The notes: generated by a model not told the origin, from the sequence alone. 64,000 bases of DNA from Candidatus Latescibacterota bacterium (GCA_965221775.1 CBDCSU010000006.1:1920001-1984000), one strand, 5' to 3'; positions 46,443 to 61,852 are shown, counted from the first letter of the stretch. A program made the numbers and translations.

Positions 46443-49400
46443 TCAACCGCCCGAAGCCGGGACGCCTCCCTCCGGGGCCTCCGCCGCCCCCCCGCCTGCC
46501 GAGAAGTGGCGGCTCAGGAACCGCCCCATGTCGTCGGTCAGCGAGTACATAACCGGCACGAGGACCAGGGTCAGGAAGGTGGCGAAGAGGATGCCGACGA
46601 TGACGGCGATCGCCATGGGGCCCCACCAGGCGGCCTGCTCGCCGCCCCAGTAGAGGTTGGGGTCGAGGCTGCCGAAGAGGCCGAAGAAGTCGAAGTTGAG
46701 GCCGATGGCCAGCGGCACCAGGCCGAGGGCGGTGGTGACCGCCGTCAGGATCACGGGGCGCAGACGGGTGCGGCCGGCGCGGATGAGGGCGGCCTGGCGG
46801 TCGAGTCCGTCGCGGCGGCGCAGGATGTCGATGTAGTGGACGAGGACGATGGCGTTGTTGACCACGATCCCGGCGAGGGAGATGACGCCGACGCCGGTCA
46901 TGATGATCCCGAAGGGCATGCGGAAGACCATGAGCCCGAGGAGGACGCCGGCGGTGGACATGATCACCGAGGTGAGGATGATCACCGGCTTGATCACCGA
47001 GTTGAACTGGGTCACGAGGATGAAGGCGATCAGGCCCAAGGCCGCCAGGAAGGCGGTGGCCAGGAACTCCATGGCCTCGCCTTGTTCCTCCTGCTGGCCG
47101 GTGTAGCGCACCGTGTAGCCCGGGGGCAGCTCGTCTTCAACGAAGGACGCGAGGTGCTCCTGCACCTCGAAGAAGACGGCGTTCTTGTTGAGGCCGGCGC
47201 GCACGTCCGAGCTGATCGTGGCCATGCGGTCCATGTCCTTGCGGCGGATCGAGCCGAGCCCCTCTCCCACCGTCCAGCTGGCCACCGAGACCAGGGGGAT
47301 CGGCTCGCCCGGACCGTTCTCCACGACCAGGTCGCGCAGCGACTCCAGGTCCTGCCGCCAGGGCTCGGCGAGGCGCACGACCACGTCGTACTCGTCGTTG
47401 CCGGTGCGGTAGCGGCTCGCCTCCGTGCCCTGCACGGCGGTGCGCACGACGCCGGCCACCTTCGCCGTGGACAACCCGTACATGGCGGCCCTCTCGCGGT
47501 CGACATGCACGGCCAGCTCCGGGCGGGCCTCGTCGAGGTCGCTCTCGAGGCCGCTGAGCTTCGGCGCCACGGGGGAGCTTCTCAGGACCTGCAGGACGCG
47601 GTCGGAGAGGTCCTTGAGCACCCGGGGATCCTTGCCGACGATCTCGATGTTCACCGGCGCCCCCTGGGGCGGCCCGTCCACGGGCTTGTCCACCGAGATC
47701 TCGGCGCCGGCGATCTCGCGCCCAACCCTCTCCTGCATGCGCGCCAGGGTCTCGAAGCTGTCGAAGCGCCGCTCGTGGTACTCGGTGAAGTTCACCATGA
47801 CGCGCGCGTCGTTGGCTCCCTGGGTGCCGCCTATCAGCGGGCTGCCCCCGGCGCCGACGGTGGTCACCGCCGACTCGGCGTCCTCGAAGCCCTGGACGCC
47901 GCGCACCTGCAGCTCCAGCTCGCGGGCGATGCTGTCGAGGTACTCGACGCGGGTGCCCACCGGCGCCTGGGCATCGACCCAGACCTGCCTGGGCGGGATG
48001 TCCTCCGGGAAGAACACGATGCCGCTGTTGAAGCGGCCGAAGGCGGCGACCATGGCCACGAGCACCGCCAGGGAACCGGCGACGACGATGAAGCGGTGGC
48101 CGAGGGCCCAGCCCAGGACCCCCTCGTAGCGGTCGATGAGCCACGGCAGGTCCGCCCCCTGGAAGCGCCGCGCCAGGGGACCGAGGATCAGGCGATGGGC
48201 CAGGATGGCGGCGACGGCGGTGGCGGCCAGCAGGGCCACGGTCAGGGCGTTGGCCGCGGCCAGACTCGCGGCGGCCAGAACGGCGAGGGCGATCAGCGCC
48301 AGGCGCCCAGAAAGCGGCATCCCGGCTCCGCGCTCTCCCTCCAGCCGCAGCCACCGGCTGCACAGCACCGGAACGATGACGAGGGCCACGAAGAGGGAGC
48401 TGGAGAGGGTGACGATCAGGGTCATGGGCAGGTACTTCATGAACTCGCCCACGGTGCCCGTCCAGAACAGGAGCGGACTGAAGGCGGCCAGGGTCGTCAA
48501 CGTCGAGGCGATGACGGGCAGAGCCACCTCGCCCGTGGCCTTGCGCGCGGCCTCTGCCCGGTCCCAGCCCTCCTCGACGTAGCGGTAGGTGTTCTCGACG
48601 ATGACGATGGCGTTGTCCACGAGCATGCCGAGGGCGAGGATCAGGGAGAACAGGACCACCATGTTCATGGTCACGCCGAGGAGCCCGAGGACGAGGAAGG
48701 AGAGCAGCATCGACGTGGGGATGGCGACGCCCACGAAGACCGAGGTGCGCACGCCGAGGAAGAACAGCAGCACCCCGACGATCAGCAGCAGGCCGGAGAG
48801 GATGTTGTTCTCCAGGCTGCTGACCATCATGCGGATGTCGCGGGACATGTCGGAGGTCGTCTTGACCACCGTCGTGGGCGGGAGCTCCGCCTCCATCCCG
48901 GCGATGACGTCGCGCACGGCGTCGGCCGTCTCGATGATGTTCTCCCCCGTCCGTTTGATCACGTCGAGGGTGACCACCGGCCGGCCGTCGAGGCGGGCGT
49001 AGCTCCGGCGCTCGGCGAAGCCGAAGTCGACATCGGCCAGGTCGCGCACATAGACCGGCCGTCCTTCGGGAGCGGCGACCACGAGGTCGCCGATCGACCG
49101 GGGGTCGTCGATCTCGCCGTCGACGCGGACCAGGAACTTCAGCTCCCCCACGTCGATGGAGCCGCCGGGGATGTTGATGTTCTCGTCGCGCACCGTCTCG
49201 ACCACGTCCTTCAGGGTCAGACCGTAGTAGAGCAGGCGCGGCAGGGAGACGTCGACCTGCACCTCGCGCTCGCGGCCCCCGCGCAGGTCGACGCGCAGCA
49301 CCGAGGGGATCTGCTCCAGGCGGTCCTGCAGCTCCTCGCCCAGCTGCTTGAGGCGGACCAGGCCGTACTCCCCGGACAGGTTCACCTGCAGGATCGGCAC

Positions 49401-49844
49401 GTCCTCGAAGTCGAACTCGTAGATGCGGGGCTCCTCGGCGTCGGCGGGGAGGTCGCCCTTGGCCAGATCGACCTTCTCGCGCACCAGCCGCATGGCCTCG
49501 GGGAGATCGACTTCGGTGCTGAACTCGGCCACCACGCTGGAGTAGCCCTCGACCGAGGTCGAGGTCAGCTCCTTCAGGTCCGGAATCGTCTTCAGCTCCA
49601 GCTCCAGCTCCCGCGTCACCAGCGACTCCATGTCCTTGGGCGACACCCCGGGGTAGATGGTGTTCACCGCGATGACGGGGATCTCGATCTGGGGGAAGGC
49701 CTCCTTGGGGACGCTGCGGTAGGCCACGACGCCGGCCAGGGCGATTATGGCGAAGAGCATGAGCACGCTGGTACCGTGGCGCACCGCCCAGGAGGTGACG
49801 GGCAGTTCGTCGAAGGCGTCGGGGCCGCCGGGGCGATCGGTCAT
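46443..49844 (-). CDS. RND efflux permease (AcrB/AcrD/AcrF family)
   Basis: GMLVDNAIVIVEN, GIVVNNAIVL and RLRPVILT. 1133 aa. Confidence 0.95.
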   Translation of the reverse strand: MTDRPGGPDAFDELPVTSWAVRHGTSVLMLFAIIALAGVVAYRSVPKEAFPQIEIPVIAVNTIYPGVSPKDMESLVTRELELELKTIPDLKELTSTSVEGYSSVVAEFSTEVDLPEAMRLVREKVDLAKGDLPADAEEPRIYEFDFEDVPILQVNLSGEYGLVRLKQLGEELQDRLEQIPSVLRVDLRGGREREVQVDVSLPRLLYYGLTLKDVVETVRDENINIPGGSIDVGELKFLVRVDGEIDDPRSIGDLVVAAPEGRPVYVRDLADVDFGFAERRSYARLDGRPVVTLDVIKRTGENIIETADAVRDVIAGMEAELPPTTVVKTTSDMSRDIRMMVSSLENNILSGLLLIVGVLLFFLGVRTSVFVGVAIPTSMLLSFLVLGLLGVTMNMVVLFSLILALGMLVDNAIVIVENTYRYVEEGWDRAEAARKATGEVALPVIASTLTTLAAFSPLLFWTGTVGEFMKYLPMTLIVTLSSSLFVALVIVPVLCSRWLRLEGERGAGMPLSGRLALIALAVLAAASLAAANALTVALLAATAVAAILAHRLILGPLARRFQGADLPWLIDRYEGVLGWALGHRFIVVAGSLAVLVAMVAAFGRFNSGIVFFPEDIPPRQVWVDAQAPVGTRVEYLDSIARELELQVRGVQGFEDAESAVTTVGAGGSPLIGGTQGANDARVMVNFTEYHERRFDSFETLARMQERVGREIAGAEISVDKPVDGPPQGAPVNIEIVGKDPRVLKDLSDRVLQVLRSSPVAPKLSGLESDLDEARPELAVHVDRERAAMYGLSTAKVAGVVRTAVQGTEASRYRTGNDEYDVVVRLAEPWRQDLESLRDLVVENGPGEPIPLVSVASWTVGEGLGSIRRKDMDRMATISSDVRAGLNKNAVFFEVQEHLASFVEDELPPGYTVRYTGQQEEQGEAMEFLATAFLAALGLIAFILVTQFNSVIKPVIILTSVIMSTAGVLLGLMVFRMPFGIIMTGVGVISLAGIVVNNAIVLVHYIDILRRRDGLDRQAALIRAGRTRLRPVILTAVTTALGLVPLAIGLNFDFFGLFGSLDPNLYWGGEQAAWWGPMAIAVIVGILFATFLTLVLVPVMYSLTDDMGRFLSRHFSAGGGAAEAPEGGVPASGG

Positions 49845-50926
49845 CGGGATACGATGCGCAGGCGGTCGCCGTCGGCCACCTGCTGCTGGCCGACGACGAT
49901 CAGGCGGTCCGCCGGGGACAGGCCCGAGGTGGCCACCACCTCGTCGCCGCCCGAGGCGCCGAGGGTGACGGGGCGGGCCCGGGCGACGGGGCCTTCACCG
50001 CCGTCGCCGGCGACGAAGGCGGTGAAGCCTTCCTCGGTGCGGACCAGGGCCTGGTTCGGCACCACGATGGCCCCGGGATGGACCTCCAGCACGAGCATCA
50101 CCTCGGCGACCATGGCCGGCTTGGCCCCGGCCACGGCGCGCTCGAGGGCGAGCTCGACGGGGAAGGTGCGGTGGCGGCCGTCGACGGCGGCCCCCACGTA
50201 GGTCACCGTGGCCGCGCAGGTGTCTCCGAGGTCGGCGAAGGCGACCGTCGCCCGGTCGCCGGTGCTCACGTCCGCGGCGTAGCGCTCCGGGACGCCGGCG
50301 GTCACCTTGAGGGGCTCCAGGTCGAGGATGTGGGCCACCGCCTGGCCCGGGGCGACGACCGAGCCGACCTCCACGAGGCGGCGGTCGAGGAGGCCATCGA
50401 AAGGCGCCCGCACCACCGTGCGCCGGAGCCGCGCCTCGATCAGCTCCAGCCGGGCCTGGCTCTGCTCGGCGGCGAGACGGGCCTCGACGTACTCCCCCTC
50501 GGTGCCGACGCGTTCCTCCTCGAAGAGCCGCTTCCGGCGCACCCAGCGGTCGGCTGCCAGGGCCGACTGGGCCTGCGCCTCGCCGCGCTGGGCGCGCAGC
50601 AGCTCGTCGTCGAGCCGGACCAGCGCCTGGCCGCGGCGCACCTTCTCGCCCTTGTCGGCCAGGATCGCGGCCACCGTCCCGCCCTCCTCGGCGCCGACCG
50701 TCACCTGGCGGTCGGCGCCGACCGTGCCGGTGAGGCGGATCATGTCGGTGAAGGGCCGCGCCTCGAGGATCTCGACTTCGACGTTGATGATGCGCCGGGT
50801 GTCGGGCGCGGTGGACTCGTCGTCGGCGGGCGCGTCCCCACAGCCTCCGAGGGCGAGCAGGGCCGCGGCGGCGGCCGGCGGAAGGGCGCCTCGGACGCGG
50901 CGCCACCAGGGCAGGGGATTCCTCAC
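49841..50926 (-). CDS. RND periplasmic adaptor (membrane fusion protein), probable lipoprotein
   Basis: LGGC lipobox, G.V..I...G.KV..GQ.L and VRAPFDG. Confidence 0.92.
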   Translation of the reverse strand: MRNPLPWWRRVRGALPPAAAAALLALGGCGDAPADDESTAPDTRRIINVEVEILEARPFTDMIRLTGTVGADRQVTVGAEEGGTVAAILADKGEKVRRGQALVRLDDELLRAQRGEAQAQSALAADRWVRRKRLFEEERVGTEGEYVEARLAAEQSQARLELIEARLRRTVVRAPFDGLLDRRLVEVGSVVAPGQAVAHILDLEPLKVTAGVPERYAADVSTGDRATVAFADLGDTCAATVTYVGAAVDGRHRTFPVELALERAVAGAKPAMVAEVMLVLEVHPGAIVVPNQALVRTEEGFTAFVAGDGGEGPVARARPVTLGASGGDEVVATSGLSPADRLIVVGQQQVADGDRLRIVSR

Positions 50927-52995
50927 TCCATCTCCTCCGGGTCGAGTGCGGGCTCGCCGTCGACGGGGGACACCCGTCCGATGGCGAGGCCCAACTGGGC
51001 CCGCCTGGCGAGCCGGTCGTGGGCCGCCTGGGCCATGTTGAACTCGCTGCGCCGCAGGGCGACCTCGGCATCGGTCACCTCGAGCTGGCTGCCGAGGCCC
51101 TCGCGGAAGCGGGCGCTGGCGATCTCGAACCCCCGCCGGGCCTGGGCCACGGCGAGGCGCTGGCCTTCCTGGCGCCGGCCGGCCTCGGCCAGCGCCGCCT
51201 CCAGGTCACGGACCTGGACCGCCGCCTGATCGCGGGCCATCTGGGTACGGACCTGGGCCTGGCGCAGGGCGGCCTGCCTCTGGTCGATGCGCGCGTCCCG
51301 CTGCAGGCCGCTGAACAGGGGCAGCTCCACGGAGAGGCCGGCCATCTTGCTGGTGGCGCGGTTGCGGGCGCTGCCGAAGAAGTCGGGTCTTCCGTCCTGC
51401 TGCGCCTGCACGTCCCAGGTGGCGAAGAGGGAGAGCTTGGGCAGGTACTCCGCCTGCTCGATCCGCACCTGCCTCCGGCTCAGCTCGGCGGTCTGCTCGA
51501 GCTGGCGCACGTCGGAGCGGTGAGCCAGCGCCGTCTGCACCAGGTCCCCGTCCGGCAACTCCCGGCCGGAGTCGGCCGTGGTGAGGGATGCGCTCCCGGA
51601 CAACCGCAGCCGGCCGGGGTCGTCGAGGGCCAGCTCCAGGCCCAGGCGCCGGCGCGCCGAGTCCCTGGCGTTGCGGGCCTTCAGCAGCTCCGGCTCGAGG
51701 TTGGCCAGCTCGACCTCCAGCCGCAGCACGTCGTAATCGGAGGCCAGGCCCGCCCGGGCCCGGGCGCGGGTCTCGTCGAGGGCCTGCCGCAGGCGGTCCA
51801 GGGACCGCTCGGTGAGGCGCACCTCCTCTCCGCGCAGCAGCAGGTCGAAGCAGAGGAGGCGCACCCGCGTCGCCACCTGCTGCGACTGGCCGCGCACCAT
51901 TTCCGTCCGCAGCCGCAGGTAGTCGCCGGCGGCTCCGAGGCCGACGAGGGCTCTCGGGTCGAACAGCGGCTGCCGCAGAGTGACGGCGCTCTGCCAGCTG
52001 TTGTCGGCGCCGAACTCCAGGGAGATGAACTCCCCCTCCGGGGCCGCGGGATTGAAGAATCTCGCCGGCACGAAGGAGACGGGCGGCGAGATGTTGCGCG
52101 CGTAACGGGCCGAGAAGTCAACGCGGGGCCAGACCTCTCCCCAGGCTTCGGAGGCCCGCTCCTCGGCCTCGGTCACGAGCAGCCGCGCCTCCGCCATCTC
52201 GCGGCCCCGGTCCAGGGCCAGCTCCACCACCTCGTCGATGCTCAGCTGCAACTCGCCGCCCGGGGGAGTGTCCTCCGCGACAACCGGCGCCCCCCAGCCC
52301 ATGAGGAGCCAGGTCAGCACGGACGAGGCCCGGGCGCGCAGCCGGCCCTTGCCGCCGGAGGCGGCTGCCGCCTCTGACTGCGAGAGATCCGCCATGGCCC
52401 GGTCCATCTCCACCTCGTAGGCGGGGGTGGCCATGCCGGTGATCGCCCGCCGGCTGGAGGCCCGGTAGTGGCGGCGGAACTCCCCGGCGTCCATCTGCAG
52501 GCAGCCGCGCAGGTAGATGGAGATCAGGCCGTGGGCGTGGGCCCACAAGGTGCAGGAGACGTCGGCGGGGTCGAGGGGCTGGAAGAGGCCGGCGTCGATG
52601 CACTCGCGCACACGGTCGTTGAAGAACCGGCCGACGCTGGCGACCTGCTCCGTCACCTGCTCGGGGAACTCGTCCACGCCGAGGGTGTGGGCGGGGGTGT
52701 AGAGCATCTCGTAGTACTTCGGCTGATCGAGGGCGAAGTCGAGGTAGGCCTGGCCCGCCAGGTAGAGGCGCTCGGCGGGGGTGCGGCCCGAAAGGGCGCC
52801 GTAGAGCCGCTCGCTCAGCCGCCGGTAGGCTTCGGCGACGACGTCGAGGAGCATCGCCTCGCGGCTGTCGTAGTGACGGTAGAGGGCCGGCGCCGTGACC
52901 CCCAGGTCGCGGGCCAGCCGGCGCATGGAGACGGCCTCGGCGCCGCCCTCCAGGTAGAGCTCGCAGGCTCTCGTGAGGATATCCGTGCGGTCCAT
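50923..52995 (-). CDS. TetR-family regulator fused in frame to TolC-family outer-membrane efflux protein
   Basis: aa 1-~195 are TetR (SMRRLARDLGVTAPALYRHY; WAHAHG). A signal-like segment follows, then two OEP repeats (GLASDYDVL, YLPKLSL, GLGSQLEVTDAE). Confidence 0.85.
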   Translation of the reverse strand: MDRTDILTRACELYLEGGAEAVSMRRLARDLGVTAPALYRHYDSREAMLLDVVAEAYRRLSERLYGALSGRTPAERLYLAGQAYLDFALDQPKYYEMLYTPAHTLGVDEFPEQVTEQVASVGRFFNDRVRECIDAGLFQPLDPADVSCTLWAHAHGLISIYLRGCLQMDAGEFRRHYRASSRRAITGMATPAYEVEMDRAMADLSQSEAAAASGGKGRLRARASSVLTWLLMGWGAPVVAEDTPPGGELQLSIDEVVELALDRGREMAEARLLVTEAEERASEAWGEVWPRVDFSARYARNISPPVSFVPARFFNPAAPEGEFISLEFGADNSWQSAVTLRQPLFDPRALVGLGAAGDYLRLRTEMVRGQSQQVATRVRLLCFDLLLRGEEVRLTERSLDRLRQALDETRARARAGLASDYDVLRLEVELANLEPELLKARNARDSARRRLGLELALDDPGRLRLSGSASLTTADSGRELPDGDLVQTALAHRSDVRQLEQTAELSRRQVRIEQAEYLPKLSLFATWDVQAQQDGRPDFFGSARNRATSKMAGLSVELPLFSGLQRDARIDQRQAALRQAQVRTQMARDQAAVQVRDLEAALAEAGRRQEGQRLAVAQARRGFEIASARFREGLGSQLEVTDAEVALRRSEFNMAQAAHDRLARRAQLGLAIGRVSPVDGEPALDPEEME

Positions 52996-52997
52996 GA

Positions 52998-53033
52998 GTG
53001 AACGATGTTAACTGGAGGTCCCCACCTTGTCAA
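52998..53033 (-). promoter_or_regulatory. Sigma70 promoter with overlapping putative TetR operator
   Basis: TTGACA-17-TAACAT, 9 nt before the ATG. Imperfect palindrome GTTAAC-ATC-GTTCAC over -10/+1. Confidence 0.8.
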
Positions 53034-53090
53034 CAGGGTGAGGGGGACTTCTTGTTAAACGTGTTCAGCGGATGTCGGGAGGGGCGGGCT

Positions 53091-53537
53091 TCAGGACCCG
53101 AGCACGGCCATGCAGCACTTCTTGAACTTCCGGCCGCTGCCGCAGGGACAGGGGTCGTTGCGGCCGGTGACGGCGCCGCGGCGCCGCACGGTCTCGCCCC
53201 GGACGCTGCCGTCCCGGCGAAAGGCGGCCTGGTAGCCGGTCTCCATGGAATCCACCCGCCGCGCCCACTCCCCGCCCAGGGGGAACCGTCCCGTGACCGG
53301 CAGGTACTCGAGGAACTCCCTGAGCAGGCGCGGGAAGGCGCGCCGCTGCGCCAGGGGCGCGTCGAGCCGGGCGACGCTCTTCAGGGCGCGTTCCATGGCC
53401 TCCTCGGAGACCACGTCGCCCACCTGCTCGCACCAGTGCCCCAGCAGGGGCTCGGCGCCGTCCTTCAGGTGGTCGTCCAGCAGCAGGAAGTGCTGCGAAC
53501 CGGCGAAGGCGCCGACCTCGTCGGTGAGCCTGGACAT
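53091..53537 (-). CDS. SEC-C zinc-motif protein
   Basis: [18 protein letters not shown]. Confidence 0.88.
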   Translation of the reverse strand: MSRLTDEVGAFAGSQHFLLLDDHLKDGAEPLLGHWCEQVGDVVSEEAMERALKSVARLDAPLAQRRAFPRLLREFLEYLPVTGRFPLGGEWARRVDSMETGYQAAFRRDGSVRGETVRRRGAVTGRNDPCPCGSGRKFKKCCMAVLGS

Positions 53538-53555
53538 GTGATCGGGGGGCCGGCC

Positions 53556-55043
53556 TCAGGGCAAGCTGGTGGCGCCCATCAGGTAGCGGTCACACTCGCG
53601 GGCGGCCTCGCGGCCCTCCTTGAAGGCCCAAACCACGAGGCTCATGCCGCGGCGCACGTCGCCGGCGGCGAAGACGCCGGGGACGCTGGTGGCGTACCGG
53701 CCCTCCTCGGCCTTGACGTTGGAGCGCGGGTCCCGCTCCAGGGACAGGGCGTCGGGCAGGGTGTCCTGCGGGCCCAGCCAGCCCATGGAGAGCAGCACCA
53801 GCTCCGCCGGCCACTCCTTCTCGGTGCCGGGCACCTCGCGGAAGGGGCGGCCGTCATCCGGCACCCACTCCACGTCACGGGTCACCAGGCCGCGGAGGCG
53901 GCCGCCGCCGTCGTCGAGGAGTTCCACCGTGCTCAGCAGGTACTTCCGGGGGTCGTCGCCGAAGAGGGCGGCGGCCTCCTCCTGGCCGTAGTCGAGGTTG
54001 TAGACCTTGGGCCACTCCGGCCAGGGGTTGCCGGCGGTGCGCTCGTCCGGGGGCGCCGGGATGATGTCGAACTGGAAGAGGCTGCGGCAGCCGTGGCGCA
54101 GGGAGGTGCCGACGCAGTCGGTCCCCGTGTCCCCGCCCCCGAGGACGATCACGTTCTTGTCCTTCGCCGAGATGTACTCCCCGTCTTCCAGTCCCGAGTC
54201 GAGGAGGGACTTGGTGTTGACGTGCAGGAAGTCCAGGGCCTGGTGCACGCCCGCGAGCCCGCGCCCCGGCACGTCCAGGTCGCGCGGCTTCAGGGCCCCG
54301 GTGCACAGCACCACGGCGTCGAAGCCGTCCACGAGGTGCTGCGCCTCCACGTCGAAGCCGACCTCGGTGTTGGTCACGAAGACGACGCCCTCGGCCGCCA
54401 TCTGGTCGATCCGCCGCTGCACGAGGCGCTTGTCCAGCTTCATGTTGGGGATGCCGTACATCAGCAGCCCGCCGGGGCGGTCGGAACGCTCGTACACGGT
54501 GACCCGGTGGCCGGCGCGGTTGAGCTGCATGGCGCAGGAGAGCCCCGCCGGTCCTGAGCCGACCACGGCCACCCGCTTGCCCGTGCGTCGATCGGGCGGC
54601 TCCGGGACCACCCAGCCCTCGTCCCAGGCCTTGTCGATGATCGAGACCTCGATGTTCTTGATCGTCACCGCCGGCTCGTTGATCCCCAGCACGCACGATC
54701 CCTCGCAGGGGGCCGGACAGACCCGCCCGGTGAACTCGGGGAAGTTGTTGGTCTTGTGCAGGCGCTCGAGCGCCTCCTGCCACATGCCGCGGTAGACGAG
54801 GTCGTTCCACTCCGGGATCAGGTTGTTGATCGGGCAGCCCGAGGCGAAGGGCGAGTTCTCGGGCAGCGTGGTCCCGGTGTGGCAGAAGGGGATCCCGCAG
54901 TCCATGCAGCGGGCGCCCTGGTCGCGGATCCGCTCGTCGCCCAGGTGCAGGTGGAACTCGTCGAAGTCGCGCAGGCGCTCGACGGGGTCGCGGTCGGCGG
55001 GCAGCTCGCGCTCGAACTCCATGAATCCGGTGGGTTTGCCCAT
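53556..55043 (-). CDS. gltD: Glutamate synthase small subunit
   Basis: [35 protein letters not shown] and GGGDTGTDC. Confidence 0.97.
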   Translation of the reverse strand: MGKPTGFMEFERELPADRDPVERLRDFDEFHLHLGDERIRDQGARCMDCGIPFCHTGTTLPENSPFASGCPINNLIPEWNDLVYRGMWQEALERLHKTNNFPEFTGRVCPAPCEGSCVLGINEPAVTIKNIEVSIIDKAWDEGWVVPEPPDRRTGKRVAVVGSGPAGLSCAMQLNRAGHRVTVYERSDRPGGLLMYGIPNMKLDKRLVQRRIDQMAAEGVVFVTNTEVGFDVEAQHLVDGFDAVVLCTGALKPRDLDVPGRGLAGVHQALDFLHVNTKSLLDSGLEDGEYISAKDKNVIVLGGGDTGTDCVGTSLRHGCRSLFQFDIIPAPPDERTAGNPWPEWPKVYNLDYGQEEAAALFGDDPRKYLLSTVELLDDGGGRLRGLVTRDVEWVPDDGRPFREVPGTEKEWPAELVLLSMGWLGPQDTLPDALSLERDPRSNVKAEEGRYATSVPGVFAAGDVRRGMSLVVWAFKEGREAARECDRYLMGATSLP

Positions 55044-55054
55044 CGTTCTCTCGC

Positions 55055-59662
<4,608 letters not shown>

Positions 59663-59736
59663 TGGAGGTCCTTTGGGGAGGCGCCCTTGCGTGGGAGGAG
59701 GGGCGCGTAGGGCTCGTTTCTCGAAGTGAAGGGCGT

Positions 59737-59765
59737 AACATAGTCTCGGCAGAGGATGATGTCAA
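59737..59765 (-). promoter_or_regulatory. Sigma70 promoter of gltBD
   Basis: TTGACA-17-TATGTT on the minus strand. Confidence 0.75.
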
Positions 59766-59874
59766 CGGTCCTCTTGCCAGGATTCGGGGTGGAATCGGTT
59801 GGTTAGGTCTACCATAATGGCGATGAATGGCCTAAATTGGTCGTTTCCACCTATTCAAAGGTACAAATGAGGCC

Positions 59875-60450
59875 ATGCATGATCTCGACGAGCAGGAGCG
59901 GCTCATCCTTCGTGCGCTGATCCGCAGTCCCCGGGCCCCCGAAAACCGCATCGCCAGGGAGACCGGGGTTCCGGTGCGCTCGGTGCGGCGCAAGCGCCAG
60001 CGGCTCGAGGAGCGGGGGGTCCTGAAGTACTACGCGGCCGTCGACCGCGAGGGTTCCCCGGACTCCGGGCGTACCACCCAGCACATGGTCATCATCAAGT
60101 TCCGGCTGGGTGTGACCCGGGCCCAGGTCGAGCAGGAGATCCGCGAGGAGCCCAACGTGGCCAACGTGTTCTCCGAGCTCATCCGCGACAGCTACCTCGC
60201 CGAGACCGACGGCCACATCGCCCTGGTCATGGTCGTGGAGGGAGCCTCCGACTCGGACGTGACCGACAGCCTCCAGGCTCAGATCATCCCGTCGATCCGC
60301 AGCAACCACGGCCAGGACTGCATCCAGGAAGTGCGGACCATGCGCGTTCTCGGGCTGATCCGGCGCGAGCACAACTACCTGCCCGCGGTCAACATGGAGG
60401 GAGCCCAGCTGGCCGCCGACTGGCCGGACGAGGCGATCTACGTGGGATGA
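59875..60450 (+). CDS. Lrp/AsnC-like transcriptional regulator, divergent from gltBD
   Basis: LDEQERLIL..L...PR....IARETG....V....LEERGV HTH. Confidence 0.8.
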   Translation: MHDLDEQERLILRALIRSPRAPENRIARETGVPVRSVRRKRQRLEERGVLKYYAAVDREGSPDSGRTTQHMVIIKFRLGVTRAQVEQEIREEPNVANVFSELIRDSYLAETDGHIALVMVVEGASDSDVTDSLQAQIIPSIRSNHGQDCIQEVRTMRVLGLIRREHNYLPAVNMEGAQLAADWPDEAIYVG

Positions 60451-60478
60451 GGGGAGGCGATGCGCCCCGCCCCCGCCG

Positions 60479-61822
60479 TCAGGTGAAGACGTAGCGGATG
60501 ACGAAGAGGGCGCTGAGCACCCAGAGAGCCGGCCCCAGCCGGCCCGCCCGGCCGCGCACGACGGCCAGGAGCGTGTAGGACAGCAGCCCGGCGGCGATGC
60601 CCTCGGAGATCGAGTAGGTCAGGGGCATGGCGGCGATCGTCAGGAAGGCGGGCACCGCCTCGGCGTAGTCGGTGAAGTCGATGCGGGTCACCGGCTCCAT
60701 CATGAAGACGCCGACGAGCACCAGCACCGGCGCCGTGGCCACCGCCGGCACGTGGCTCACGAGGGGCGCGAAGAACAGGGCCACCAGGAACAGGGCCGCC
60801 GTGGTCAGCGCCGTCAGCCCGGTGCGGCCCCCGTCGGCAACGCCGGAGGCGCTCTCGACGTAGGTGGTGGTGGTGTTGGTCCCGAAGAGGGCTCCCGACA
60901 TGGTGGCCAGCGAGTCGGCCATGAACGCCCTGCGGACGCGCGGCAGCCGTCCCTGCTCGTCGAGGTAGCCGACCTTCTGCGCCAGGCCCACGAGGGTGCC
61001 GGTGGTGTCGAAGAGATCGACGAAGGTGAAGGTGAGGATCACCGTCAGCAGGCCGGCGCCCGTGAGCGCCGCGAAGTCCAGGGCGAGGAAGGTCTCGCCC
61101 AGCCCCGAGGGCCAGCTGACGATGCCCCCCGAGCCGCTCCCGCTCACTCCCAGGGGCAGGCCGAGAAGCGTGGTGACGGCCATGCCCCACAGCAGCGCAC
61201 CCCGGACGCGGCGCACGACGAGGGCCGCCGTGACCGCCAGCCCCGCCAGGGCCAGGCCGATGCTGGCCATGGAGGTGCCCGGCGGGAGCAGGGCCCGCAA
61301 CTCGGCGTCGACGAAGTAGCGGCCGTCCACCAGGCCGAGGCTGCCGGTGCCTGGATGGAAGACGACGAGGCCGGCGTTCTTCAGTCCGATGAGGGCGATG
61401 AAGAACCCGATCCCGACGCTGATGGCGCACTTCAGGCCCAGGGGGATCGCGTTGACCACCGCCTCCCGCAGCCGCGTGAGCGTGAGGCCGAGGAAGATCG
61501 CCCCCGAGACGAAGACCGCGGCCAGGGCCCCCTGCCAGGGCAGGCCCAGGGAGAGCACCACGGTGTAGGTGAAGAAGGCGTTCAACCCCATGCCCGGAGC
61601 CAGGGCGAAGGGGTAGTTCGTCAACAGGCCCATTAGGGCGCTGCCCAACGCCGCCGCCAGGCACGTCGCCGCCAGGACCCCGTCGGCCGGCATACCCGCC
61701 TGCGACAGGATGAGGGGATTCACCACGACGATGTAGGACATCGTCAGGAACGTGGTCACCCCGGCGCGGACCTCGCGCCGAACGGTGGTGCCGTGCTCTT
61801 CGAGTCGGAAGCGGGCGATCAT
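60479..61822 (-). CDS. NCS2/AzgA-family purine permease
   Basis: EVRAGVTTFLTMSYI, APGMGLNAFF and YVESASGV..GGRTGL. Confidence 0.93.
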   Translation of the reverse strand: MIARFRLEEHGTTVRREVRAGVTTFLTMSYIVVVNPLILSQAGMPADGVLAATCLAAALGSALMGLLTNYPFALAPGMGLNAFFTYTVVLSLGLPWQGALAAVFVSGAIFLGLTLTRLREAVVNAIPLGLKCAISVGIGFFIALIGLKNAGLVVFHPGTGSLGLVDGRYFVDAELRALLPPGTSMASIGLALAGLAVTAALVVRRVRGALLWGMAVTTLLGLPLGVSGSGSGGIVSWPSGLGETFLALDFAALTGAGLLTVILTFTFVDLFDTTGTLVGLAQKVGYLDEQGRLPRVRRAFMADSLATMSGALFGTNTTTTYVESASGVADGGRTGLTALTTAALFLVALFFAPLVSHVPAVATAPVLVLVGVFMMEPVTRIDFTDYAEAVPAFLTIAAMPLTYSISEGIAAGLLSYTLLAVVRGRAGRLGPALWVLSALFVIRYVFT

Positions 61823-61852
61823 GACGGGCCGGGCGCTGAAGCTGCCCCCGGA

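Noticed and set aside
46320-50201. Very long antisense ORFs (1293 aa here; also 55265-58732, 38021-41227, 25447-28149)
   Set aside because: Shadow frames opposite real genes, expected in high-GC DNA with biased codons. No motifs.
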